A stretch of 58,818 nt of DNA, counting the filler, from Dugesia japonica (taxonomy: Eukaryota): assembly GCA_001938525.1 (NCBI GenBank). It is 6 parts of 6 records of this genome, joined end to end, with 100 filler letters (N's around TTAATTAATTAA, not from the genome) between each part and the next. Parts side by side here need not be neighbours in the genome. Positions count along the whole stretch, not along the records: positions 38,063 to 47,688 come from MQRL01647686.1; positions 47,789 to 58,818 come from MQRL01479055.1; 4 more parts are not named here. One strand, written 5' to 3'. The translations under genes were made by a program, and so were the position numbers. The notes below the pieces were generated by a model. It worked only from the letters and a program-made list of their open reading frames with translations. It was not told where the DNA came from and did not search any database. Below are positions 38,063 to 50,800 of the stretch, one piece after another; positions within the stretch are counted from its first letter, which is position 1; each line of letters begins with the position of its first letter.

Positions 38063-38450
38063 TGCAACGGTACCAGACTTTCAGTGGAAAATATAATGAA
38101 CAATATCATCAAAGCTACAATTTTAAATGAAAAGTTTAAAGAAAATTTACTGCTCCACGAATCCTAATGATTCAGGTAGAATTCCAACTTCTAAAATTTT
38201 CAGTACGACTCGCATATACAATGACCATCAACAAAGCACATGGACAATTGTTATAAGTGTGTACTAAATTTGGAAAATACATGCTTCTCACATAGACAGC
38301 CAACTCACACGTTGGAAAACCTTCTGATTTATTGGTATAGAAAGAAAAACAAAAATATTGTGTATTCAAAAGCGCTTCAATAAACCGAATTAAAAGACAA
38401 ACATTTTCTTTCTTNNNNNNNNATTGTAACGCAAAGCACGTATTAGCTAG
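38063..38450 (+). mobile_element. Helitron 3' end (PIF1-like helicase C-terminus)
   Basis: CNGTRL, VRLAYTMTINKAHGQ, VGKPSDL, NIVYSKALQ; CTAG terminus at 38447-38450 followed by T. Confidence 0.88.
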
Positions 38451-38574
38451 TAGTTAATATGTAACTGATCCTTGTTTAAATGAATAAAAATTCTTTAATT
38501 ATTAAATTTCTAAAAGAAATATATTTAAAAGATTTTTTTAAAATCATTAAATTTTATTTTGACCAGTGTTCAGA

Positions 38575-39905
38575 ATGGCTAAATTTGTAGCTAACAGAGA
38601 ACATATATGGTACTGTATTCGACTCGAATATGATTGTGGCTCTAATGCAACACAAGATGTCAAAAGGATTTGTACAATTTTTGGGAATGTTATCAGCGAC
38701 AGGCAAGCTAGAAATGGTTTAAACAAGTTTTTCTCAACCTTTCTTATGTGCCCCAAAAATCCTCATAAAACCTTCATGCACCCCTATAACTATTTGGAAA
38801 AAAATAAAGATGATGTTTTTGGTAATTAAATAAAAAGTACACCATGTATTATAAGCAATTAATTACATATATATGTATTTATTGTGCACGCAGCGTAAAT
38901 GAGTAGTCTATAAAATGTCTTTTTTAAAAATTTCCCCCGTGAGGCATTGGCTCTAGAAAGAGAAGCTAATTGCTAGCTTGAAGGTCTGGTCTCTAAGATA
39001 TTTTATTTTTTCAAATTGTCCCCTTGAAATTCAAATTGCCTCCCTTTGGGGCATGGGCTCCACGTTGAGAAACACTGGTTTAAACAGTTCCGTGAATGAG
39101 AGCGTCCAAGACCTCGTTAGGTTTTTCTTTTTAAAATGATGCTTTACGGTAGTTAATTGAAGAAGATTCGAAATTGACAATCAAAGAAATGTCAATCTTT
39201 CTTGGAGTTAGTTGGTCAACTGTTCAAAAACATCTCCATCTGATTGGTAAAGTCTGAAGACCTAGTGTTAGCTGCCTCATGAATTTACAACGATTCAGAA
39301 AGAAATGTGTCTCTTAATTTTCAATTTATTACTTCTTTACCATGAACCTTATACGTTTTGGCAGCAAATAGTGACTGGAGATAAGAAATAGGTGTTGTAT
39401 AAAAATTCTTAAAGAAAAAACCAATAGTTATCTCCAGGTTATGTATCAATATCTATCTTCAAATCAGGGTTGCACTATAGAAGGCTCTATTGTGCACATG
39501 ATGGAACAATTCATTTCAAAAACGTTAAAGATAAATGAGACTGTTAATATAGACATTTACTGCGAACAATCGTTCTCAAAGTTGAGCGACCAGCATAACA
39601 AAATAAATAAAGGAATATATTCCACCAAGACAACGTCAAATTATATACAGCAAATAAGACTATAATAAAATTACACGAAAATCATTCTCAAACATCAATG
39701 CTAAGAAATCGGAGCTTGAACAGTTTTTTTGCTGAAAAATCTTCATCGCTTTACAAATGAGGTATTCAAATTTTGGTAAAAAGATGGTGAATGGATGTGC
39801 AATCAGATGGAAGTTACATAATTGATGAACCTTTGTTATCTGTAATGAAAATACATTTTCATTTGTTTAATATTTTTCAAAAGTTTGCAAAAAATACCCC
39901 AATAT
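38575..39905 (+). mobile_element. Decayed mariner containing a MITE
   Basis: N-terminus REHIWYCIRLEY...ICTIFG, IVTGDKK, ETVNIDIYCEQ, DGSYIID. Confidence 0.82.
38725..39077. mobile_element. hAT MITE with a perfect 8-bp target-site duplication
   Basis: GTTTAAAC at 38717-38724 and 39078-39085; ends AAGTTTTTCTCAAC / GTTGAGAAACACTG. Confidence 0.88.
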
Positions 39906-40089
39906 TTAAAAATGTAGAGCTGGGTTTTTCATTAAATTTCACTCTGGTTTTCAAAATATTTAACATAGAAAATCACGAAGCAAAATTTTATTATATACAT
40001 GTATTGTTGTAACATTGTAAAATTGTGTAATATACAAAACACATGGATCATTATCACATACTATAACCATATATTTCAAAAGATTTTCT

Positions 40090-40756
40090 CTTAATTTTAC
40101 CGACAGTTAATTAATGCAAACCAAGAAAAATACTCTGTGTTAGAAGCACCTTCTTTAACTTTGAAGCATAACAATTCTTCTCTTGTTACCGCAGCAACGA
40201 CCGATGTATTTTTACTTCTTATTGAAGTAACATTTTTCTTTGGACTTCCTCCAAAAGAAGCGCGCCATATCTTTTCATCATGCTGCAACAAACACCAATC
40301 TCATCAATAAATATCATCTCACTGATTTCTTTTTCAAGCATATTTCTAGCATAATTACTTCTGACTTCTTTACTATTTGCTAAATTTCGTCGATTTGGTA
40401 TTAACTGTACCTGTTGAAATTTTATTCAAAAGATTGTATAAATGCATATATAGTCGAAATAGAAGGTTCCTTATTATAAGCTGGTTTCATCTTTTATTTG
40501 ATTTCTTTTAAAGAGACAGATACATCAGACTTAATAATTTCTTTAATATTGGACTCATCATTAATAGAATTCAATAATTTTTTTCTTTTCCACTTTTCAG
40601 AAATATTAACTCCCGTTTTTTTAAATTTTCTGATAATATAAACTGTGGTTATAATAATTTAATTCTGGCTCTTCTGATATTTCTCGAGCTGATTTGACGT
40701 TGTCAACCTAAATCACTGTTAACAGTAATGTTTTTTGTTTTTGAAATAATCCACAT
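40090..40756 (-). mobile_element. IS630/Tc1-like transposase fragment
   Basis: MIFIDEIG catalytic motif, then IRSKNTSVVAAV...EGASNTEYF. Confidence 0.7.
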
Positions 40757-40908
40757 TTGAAGTATTGAAGTAAATTGTAAAAACAAGATGTAAACAATTT
40801 AAACAAACTTGTATGTTAAATATTTTGAAAACCAAAATGAAATATAATGAAAACCTTTATAATAAATCAGGAGATAAAAATGAGTTTCTAGCAAAAAAGT
40901 TTCTAGCA

Positions 40909-40971
<63 letters not shown>

Positions 40972-41051
40972 NNNNNNNNNNNNNNNNNNNNNNNNNNNNN
41001 NNNNNNNNNNNNNNNNNNNNNNNNNNNNNNNNNNNNNNNNNNNNNNNNNNN

Positions 41052-41117
<66 letters not shown>
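40909..41117. repeat. (ATT)n microsatellite with an internal gap; others at 37097-37119 and 47190-47238
   Basis: Pure ATT runs. Confidence 0.97.
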
Positions 41118-41119
<2 letters not shown>

Positions 41120-41124
41120 TTTAG

Positions 41125-44100
41125 TGCCAGGATGGGGTGGGTCTCAATTGTTCGCAAAGTATATTAAACTCCCGGAAGGTCCATTATGTAATGCAATGAA
41201 CAAATCCTTTGAAATATGGATAAATCCAATTTATTTCTTACCGGAAACATTAAATTGCCTTGCTAGCTTACTTAAGCTTGAATATAATAAGTCCAATGGA
41301 ACTACACATTCTCCAAATTACCTTAATGTAACAGCACCAGGATTTGGTTCGATAGATACAATAAAATTTTTATCGAAATTTAATTTTTCATTAAGTAAGC
41401 TCTCATCTTTTTGCTTAAATAAGTAAAAATCAATAATTTTTTTTAAAAAATATTATTTCATTTTTACAATTGTTTTGTTTTTAAATCTTTCTAATTCAGC
41501 CAGTTATTTTTATTACATTTCGAATGNTTTAATAAATGTGCACAATTATACTGCCAACGTCAACATTCGAGGTGCTCCATATGATTTCCGTATGGCTCCA
41601 AGTAAGTAATTAATTAAAATTTATGGTAAAATTTCAAATAAATCTTTTAGATGAAATGAAGAAATATTTTTGTGATTTAAAAGTACTTATTGAAAAAATG
41701 TACGCCGATTCAAATGGAACTTCTTTGATTTTAATTGGTCATAGTTTGGGAAATTTATTGATGCAAGAATTTTTATACGGAATTTCACAAAATTGGAAAG
41801 ACAAATATATCCGTTCATTCATTAGTATTAGTGCACCCTATTCTGGATCAGTGATTCCGCTCCAAGGAATTTTAACAGGTTATTTACCGATTAGAATATT
41901 ACTGTTATTATTGTTTTTGGATGTATTCTTGTTTTCATATAAACTTATGTTACCTTATGTCGCTCTGATTATTTTTGAATATAAATTATTCAGTTGTCTT
42001 ATAACCTTTACTCTCGACAGCGTTGATGACTCTTATTAGAATGATGCAAACCTGGACCATTTTAGTTTGCATTCAATAATTAAGTTGTGTGATAAAATCT
42101 CTAGATGAATAGTAAGCTACTCAATTGACTAAAAAAAAACGTTTAGATATTAGATAGTCGTCAATTTATTTCAGAAGAAACAAGAAACCAAAAAATATTT
42201 ATTAAATGTTCTTTATAATTTATGAACAAATGTATTCATGGACTGACAAAGATATTTGTTTAATAAATTTCTTATAAAACACTTCAAAGTGCTTTTTTTG
42301 ATTTAGACAGGGCGTGTGGTAACAATCTATAAATGTTTTGTTGATGCAGATGATTTAAATAGTTAAAGAATTCTTTTATCGTGTGTCACTAGAAGAGACT
42401 TGGCTTGCCAACTACGGTAAGTACGCTTTACATTCACCATAATTTCTCTAGGTTGATCAAAAATGAATAATAAAGAACAATTATTTATGTTGAAATAAAA
42501 ACGAATTCTGTGAGTACCACATTACCAATATGCATATTACATTGACATTGGGTGTACATCAATCAGTCAGAGTTAACCTAAAATGAGAGTAGTCCTTTGA
42601 AAAATTTTCAAAATCATCGGTAATTAAAAGCAAAATTTTGAGTTGAAACTATCTTAGTTTTTTCACATTCCTTTGAGAGTATTTTTATTTCGTCATACAT
42701 TGATGACAAAATTATCTGATAACTGAACATTATTTGATATGGGAACTATTTGTAGCTATTTTAAGAAATTATAACTTAACGCTTCTTGGATTAAACCTAA
42801 GAGGGACTAAATAATTAATAATTGTTGCTGTTTTGGTTTCTCATTTAACTGTAACTTTAACTTTAACAAGCCAATGGGCATCACCATCAAGATCAACCAT
42901 TTTAATATATAATTTTTCGTCGAATGAATTTCATTCTGATATTGTCTTATTTAAATAAAATACCAGCCACTGAGATAGTATAAATTATGGTTCCGTGACA
43001 CCTGTGACTAATTGAAATGTTTATTAAGTTTCTAGTATGGAACATTTGACCGAAATAAATTATAAACAATCCCTTGAATCAGATTCCACCGATTATTCCC
43101 ATATACCTATTTTTCATATAATCAACTATTTGTGTATTTGTGTATTTCCAAGACCTTCTTTTGTATCTCTTTCTCCAGTATCGTTATCTGTTCTTTATCT
43201 CTTTTTATTTCGAGTTTTCTTGTTAAATATTACTTTTTCGATCTACTCTGATCGAATTTAACAATATTGTTTTATCTTTTCTTTCTTGGGTTTTTTGTGA
43301 GTCGTCTAGCATTATGTACAAGTTTAGAATTTAATTCTCAAACCGTGTCTGTATTCTTGTAATCTAACACTCTTCCTGTATTCTACTATTGTGACGATTT
43401 TGGTTTTTTTATTGTTTTCATAAACATATTGCTCTAATAGTATCGAAAGTAACCTCTTTCTTTCTTGTAACAGAAAAACATAGAATCTGTGCCGTCGTGA
43501 GTATTACCTTCAATTCTTCAAATACGTTATTCGTTTTCTCTGTCTATTAAAATCACTTGTTAATCGAATCATTATATAACTGTTCTAACATTCGACTTCT
43601 TTAGCATACTCGCTAGCGAATCTTCTGTAATAATTGCAGATGACTAAAAAGCTTCAAAGGGTTTTTATACAAATTGGATTTCTGAATTTGATATGACCTC
43701 AAATGATCGGTCTGTACTTCTTCTTTGTTCATTATTTATCCAAAAACGTTAATTTCTCATTGTAATAATTGACAGTTTTCTGGGTTAATGTTTAGTCATT
43801 TTTTCCAAATCTATTTTAACACTTCCTTTATTATGTTCTTTACTGCGTAAATAAATCGAAACTTTGTCCAAATACGTTACACCATCTTTTATTTTATTAC
43901 CTTTGTAGTTATTTCCTATTTTTGCTTATAAATTTAATAGATCGGTTCACTTCTTGTCACTATCCTATGCTTTACCAGATACGTTCGTTCTCGTACCACT
44001 TATTCATCATAAACACGTTTTTTCTGTTAATTATTATTTTCTTAATTTAATATCTTCTTTGGTCTTTCCAATTTCTAAAGCTCGCATCAACCGGTCACTA

Positions 44101-47100
44101 TCATTTATATGAATTTTCTGAAAATGCCATTTAGCATCGTAACAGCATCCGGTACATTTCAGGGGATGATGACAAAAGTGGTAGTTGGAATAAATCTAGC
44201 CATGGGATATCAAAATGACATTCAAATATTTGCGAACAATAAAGATCAACACTATAAAGTAATTGATAAAGTTTTGACAGAAATAATGAAGGCTAGTTAA
44301 AGAATTAATCCAGAAAAGTGTCAGCTTCTTCAAGGTAAAATAATATTTCTTGGTCACATAATTACCAAAGCTCACGGTAGAACTGATTCGTCTAAAATAG
44401 AAGCAATAGAAAGATTAAAAATATCTAATTGCGTGAAGAAGATACAAAGTTTCTTAGTAATTTGTAATTACTACAAGATGTTTATAGAAAACTACGTAAG
44501 AAAATCAAGGATCTTAGAACAATTGTGTAGCAAACCAATCAACAAGAAATTCGAATGACAGATTAAATAAACGATACTTTTGAAGATCTTAAGAAATCTC
44601 TAATGACTGCACCAATATTGTGTTTTCCAGACATAAACAGAGAATTTATATTAGATACAGATGCCAGTTTCCGTACAATTGAAGCAATATTATTACAGAG
44701 AGATAAATAAGAAAGAGAAAGAGCTGTTGTCTATGGATAAAACTTAATGAAGAATCATGGAAAGGGGTACTTCATCACACGAAAAGAGATATTGGCTGTT
44801 TATTATTTCTGTATGAATTTCAAGCATTACTTATTCTGTAGAGGATTTACTCTTAGAACAAATCATAGAGCTCTAACATTCATGATGACGACAAAGAAAC
44901 CAATTACATTACAATTCCAGACACATGTTAATTATCCGAGTAGTCCAGATATGATTTTGGAATATAGAAAAGGAATTAAACATAGTAATTTAGACTTGCT
45001 ATCTAGACCAAGATGTGAAGTATATGTACAATGTCAAATGCTACATGAACATGCCAAGAAAGGTAAGATTAAAACAAGAGTACTGAACACAATTGAAAAG
45101 GAAAAAGAAGAACAATTGAACATTTCTGCAGAAACAGATTTAATCAAGAAAATAAAAATTCCGGATGACAAATTACATGAAACAATGGAAGAAATACATA
45201 AATTATTATGTCATGCAAGAGTTGAAAAGTTGTATGAATATATGAGAAACAAATATATTTGGAAGAATTTGTGGAGCCAAATACATAAGATAGTTCCTAG
45301 TTGTTAAATTTGTCAGAAGACCAAAGTAATTACAATATTAACTAAAGAGAAGGCAAAGAGATTAGAAGCTACCAATTTGTTTGAAGTCATATTCACAGAT
45401 ATTTGTGAGCGAAGTTCGGAAGACATTTGGATGGAAATAATGCATTCTTGGAATATTAGACCAGTTCAGTAAATATCTGACTCTTATAGGATTGCGTAGA
45501 CAAGGCAAAAAAGCAATACGAAAAACTATTTTTGAGAATTGGATATTGGGATTTGAATGCCCAAGAGAGATCAGCCTCGATTGTGGATAAGCCTTCGAAT
45601 AAAGATTTATGAAAGAGTATTCACAAAAGCTAACCTTTAACCTTTCGTTTTCAATTCCCTTTCATCACAATGCAAAAGGACAAAATAAAAGAAAGTTTAG
45701 GACAATTCAAGATTTAATTAATGCTACACTTCCGGAGAGAGAGACAACAGATTTGTAAGATCTATTACCGGAAATAGAATTTAGAATAAACGCAACAAAG
45801 CAAAGGACAACTAGATAAAGCCAGGTTGAGATCATATTTGAAAGGAAAATTAGCAGAGAAAAGTGGTAAGAATCAGAAGTTTCAGAAAAAAACTAAAGAA
45901 AACATCTCAGAAGCAACTACTAATAAAGAATTTGGCGGAACATAGAATGTTAAATGTCACAGGTTGTAGAAAACTGTTGGCTTTTACTACTTCTAATATT
46001 TCTTTTCTGTTTAACGATGAATGTTATAAGGTAATTGACGGATTTGCTATGGGTTCACCTCATCCGCCTGCTCTGGTTTCATTATTATGTTCAAATATTG
46101 AAAAAAGGATTGAGTTGCTTCCAGGAATTAAGCCATTGGTACAAAAACGTTATGTGGATGATATTTTCTTGGTGTTTAGTAATGAATTCAATGTAGAATC
46201 TTTTTAAAATTATATGAATTCCTTACAGTCGAATATAAAGTTCACAACTGAAACGGAATGTCATGGTAAACTTCTTTTTCTTTATTTATTAATAGAACAA
46301 AAAGCTGACCATTATGAGACAGTAATTTATCGAAAGCCAACTGATACTGATTTATATACAACACCTTGTAGTTTCTGTGAATCTCGATATAAATTTAATA
46401 TGATTTAAGATTTAATATAAAGATCGTAGACTCTATCTTCTTCTTAATTGAAGTCATGTTTAAATATTCAAACTTTGAGTTCTTTGTGAAATGAAAATAG
46501 ATATTCTAAATCAATTGTAGAAAGATTGATGTATGAAACGATCGATAAAGTTTTTCTAAACATAAATACTAATTTAAAAGATGAAAATTTTATTAAAGAT
46601 CCAGATAAATCTAATAAAATCGATAAAATTTGTTATGTTTTAAATATTCCGTATTCCGAGGGCTTTAGAGATTTTCAAAATAGTTTGCTAAAATATTCAG
46701 TAAATCTTCCAAATTTTTAAATTGTGTCCCGGTCCTATAAAATTATAAGACTCATTATGGATTGGTTTCTAATCTTATTTATAAATTTGAGTGTAATGGG
46801 TGTAATGCCACATACATTTGAGAGACTTCCCTTAATCTCTGTAAAGTATTCAAGAACATAGTCAATTAAGTAGTCGCTGAACACAATATTCAGTGTAAAT
46901 CAGTTATAAATATTAATAATTTCAAAGTTTTGTGCAGATATTTTAAAGATTATTGGGAAAGACAGTCATGTGCAAAGCATTGATGATTAGATCACATGAT
47001 CTAAAAATTAAGGTTCAGACTGGTGTTTCTAAATCTTTATTGAATTTTATTGAGACTTTTATATAATCGATTGCATAATGCAGAATTTTAGTATTCATAG

Positions 47101-47184
47101 TTTCAAACATTTTGCCTGAAGATGACAGATATACTGTCGAAACTTGTAGTAATAAATAAATATTTAACTAAATAGTGTGTTAAG

Positions 47185-47231
<47 letters not shown>

Positions 47232-47451
47232 CATTATTACTCTAGGTTACTCAGGAACACATCAATTTTTAGACCCTCTTAAAATGAGAGAATGGCAAAA
47301 AACTTTCCCAAGTTTTTATTATATGAGTCCAAATTCAAAATTGTGGCCAAATGCACCATTAGTATTACTTAATCGTCAAAACCTTACAGTAAAAGATATG
47401 AATGAAATTTTTAAGTTATCCAAAGTGCAAAATGCAGTCGAACATTTTATG
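41125..47451 (+). CDS. LCAT / group XV phospholipase A2 family, partial; exons 41125-41394, 41500-41601, 41651-41878, 47246-47451
   Basis: PGWGGSQL, PGFG, IRGAPYDFRMAP, catalytic IGHSLG, WKDKYI, ISAPYSGS; GT-AG junctions stay in frame, including a 5367-nt intron. Confidence 0.92.
43200..43820 (-). mobile_element. Highly decayed Gypsy pol fragment
   Basis: LNINPENCQLLQ, homologous to the INPEKC motif in neighbouring RT copies. Confidence 0.5.
44105..45870 (+). mobile_element. Decayed Ty3/Gypsy pol (RT, RNase H, integrase), intronic
   Basis: KMPFSIVTASGTFQ, FILDTDAS, YFITRKEILAV, LEYRKG, IHKLLCH. Confidence 0.92.
45945..47155 (+). mobile_element. 5'-truncated Penelope-like element (RT, GIY-YIG endonuclease, 3' hammerhead)
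   Basis: DGFAMGSP, RYVDDIF, NIKFTTETE, IYRKPT; NLIYKFECNGCNATYI near 46770. Confidence 0.92.
47111..47152 (+). ncRNA. Minimal type I hammerhead ribozyme at the Penelope 3' end
   Basis: TTGC-CTGAAGA-T-GACAG-ATATA-CTGTC-GAAA-C-TT-G-TA-GTAA: intact core, 5-bp helix II, very short helix III, helix I TTGC/GTAA. Confidence 0.8.
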
Positions 47452-47802
47452 GTTAGTTGTAAGGATAATGTCTGTTAATTCGATTGGTCTAGTTTGTTAA
47501 TGACCTATAATTAATATATTGTTTATCGTTAGTTAAATATGGATTATATGGTTACGTAATTTGGATAAGATTATTTCGCGCCAAGTAATATTTCAGTAAA
47601 GATTAGGTGTATGTAAATATTTTGTAAGTAAATAATTTAATGATGTAAATAAAGTGTATGTAAATTATGTTTATATAAATTATATGTANNNNNNNNNNNN
47701 NNNNNNNNNNNNNNNNNNNNNNNNNNNNNNNNTTAATTAATTAANNNNNNNNNNNNNNNNNNNNNNNNNNNNNNNNNNNNNNNNNNNNTTTTTTTATTTA
47801 AG

Positions 47803-50800
47803 GTTGAAATTTGCCGAGATCGACTGACAGAATTGGAATTTAAAGTCGAAAATCCAGATATTGAAAAACGAATAAGAATTCTAGATGGCGAAGATCTAAT
47901 TCCCATAAATCTCCAATATAAATATGAAGAATTACATATAAAATTGACTAATAAAGAAGAATGTTTCTTGGAAAAAGAGTTACTATTGGAAGCTGTTACC
48001 AGACTTGTTAATGAAATACAAAACAAAGTACAATTAACGAAGTAATATATTACTACTATACATATATGAAATAAAGAAATAAGAGCAAAGTAGAATATGT
48101 AATTAAATTTTAAATGAATTAAATAATGATTGATGCACTTATATTCTCTTTATATATTCTGTCGAAGTTTGCTAATGAAAAGAGAAATGTATCTTTTACA
48201 TGTGTTAGCGATTTAACAGGTTCACATTTCTCATATTCAATATCTTTACCAACTTTAATTATCCCTTCACCTCACAAGTAACATATAAATGAGCAAATTA
48301 ATTGCCTCTGGCTACGTGTTTCTAACATTTTTTAATATTAAAGGCATTTTTGAATCTTTTGAATTTATTTTATGCATTTCATTATTTTCTTAGTTAATGC
48401 TTAATTTGCACCACTAAAATATTCAACATTATTTTCAAATAGTTACATGTATTGGCAAGACTGCATCTAATTACATCTCAATTATCGAATATCACTTCTC
48501 AATCATGTTATTATCGGGGTTTGGCTAAAGAAACTAAAACTATGGAATCTTTCTCATTTGGTGTCTTTTAAAAATTTCCTTTCGATTTTGTTGATTGTCT
48601 TCAATGTGATTAATAGCAATTGATTATCACAAATTATAATAATACAAGACTTTAATTGTCACTTAGCTTTAAAATGATAAAATGAACTGCAAAAAACATA
48701 AACTAGATTTGAAAAGTAGAAACAAGTCGTTTAGAGTACTTGTATACTTTTTGACTTCTAAAATATAATGTCTTACTATTTTATTAATGCTCATTTAAAT
48801 ATTTCTGAGTAAATAAACTTTAAATATTAGGTTGATAAAAAAATAATTGTGGTTTTTAAAATACATTTCTACCAACAAGAAATAAGTTTATTTATGCCAA
48901 TAGAATAGATATCCGCTGTCCTGGATTCGACAAACTCGAGGAAGGCATTTTTAACATCGTTGTCGTTATGGAAGACTTTCTCTTGAAGAAAATTGGAAGG
49001 ATGATAAAAAATGATAGTCGGTTGGCGTCAGGTCCGGGTAGTATGGTGGATGAGGCAGACTTTCAAATCCTAAATCATTTAGTTTTTGCAGGGATAGTTT
49101 TGCGACGTGTGGACGGGAATTGTCGTGAAGAATAATGAAATGTTTGATGTTAACTAATGCAGCGCACATAGATTTTAATTTGCGGTGCATTTCGTCAAAG
49201 TTTGGCCGTATTTTTCTGCTGTCATAGTTTCACCTTGATTTAAAAAGTTTCAATGAACCAGACAAGCTGTGGACCATCAAACCCTCACTATTGTCTTCTT
49301 TTGATGCAATTTTGGCTTTGGAAATTGATATGGTGCTTCACCTTTGTCCAATCATTGCGATGCGCGCTTTCTATTGTCGTATACAATCGCAAAATCACAA
49401 AGCAATCAAGAAATGGATTGTTTTTATTTCTAAACAGATTCGCCGAGCAGATCTCGTAACTACGGTTTTTCTAAAAAATGTTCAATTCATGCGGAACCCT
49501 TTATCGAGCTTCCTTACTTTTCCAAGTTGATGGAGGTGATATAAAGCTGTTACATGACTTATACCTAAATTCTTCCCAAGCTCCCGAGTAGTTGTGTGTC
49601 AATCTGCTTCCATCATTACCTTTAAATCATTCTTGCTAACTTCTGATGGACTTACCCGACCATCGCAATCTTCAAGGNNNNNNNNNNNNNNNNNNNNNNN
49701 NNNNNNNNNNNNNNNNNNNGTTTTTTCTTTTGCAGTTTCATTGCCAAATGCGTTGTTGACTTTCCGAGTCGTATCTGATGCTTTAGATCCCAGTTTAAAT
49801 TTATAAAGCAATATTGCTCCTATTTAGTATTTATCCAACATGTCTTCGAAAAATAATATTTCACAATAAAATAGTAAAAAAAATAAAATATTACTTGTAT
49901 AATGTAGAATTTAATATCAGCTTCAAAATNNNNNNNNNATTAATATATTAAAACAAATGGTTCTTTTAAATAATTACTTTTAAAGTAATATTATATAAAA
50001 CCACAATTATTTTCTTATCAACCTAATATATTACAATGATCACTATAATTAAATAAAATATTGAATTTTAATTGAATAATTAGTAATAATTGTTGAGACC
50101 TTATCTGCTAACCGATAAAGGAAATTTGTATCTTTCATGTTAAAAAATGAATTTTAGGTAAGGATTCACTTGTAAAATTTTATCAAAATATTTCTTGATA
50201 ACATATGTTGTAACTATGCATCTGGTTTTCTGTTGCACTATACTCTAGCCTGAAGCCGTCATGTTCGTGTGTACGTATTTGAGATGTTAGATATTGCTGC
50301 ACTTATTTTATATGCTTGTCATTTTAATATCCCTATACAAGCAAATAGTCCTTTATATTTTTTTAAGTGTTTATGACCCTCATTACTCTATACCAGGGGT
50401 GTCAAACTCGTGGCCTTCATCGAACATTTTTGCAACAAGGCCAATATATCGGTACACAATATAATAAAATAACAAACCGACGCAGAATAAAAATAAGGTA
50501 GGTTAAAATGTGTATATTTATTTTACATTTATATACATTTGATCTGCTATTAGGTAACTACGGTAGTTAAGCATGAATAATATCTAAAATATGTCAAATT
50601 TAGATTACTGATTTTTTGAAAAATGAAAAATGTTGAAATAATTTAAAAAGTTGATTAAATGTTCAACTGTTAAATATTTAACAGTAATTTGTTGAACCAA
50701 AAGCTGAAAATACAGATTATTATTAAGATGTTCTGTTAAATAATTTAAAGTCTTAAGTTGGAAAAACAAATGATTTGCGTAAATTTTAGACAGAATGCAA

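Noticed and set aside
40813-41157. Poly-Ile and poly-Asn ORFs
   Set aside because: Translations of an intronic (ATT)n microsatellite.
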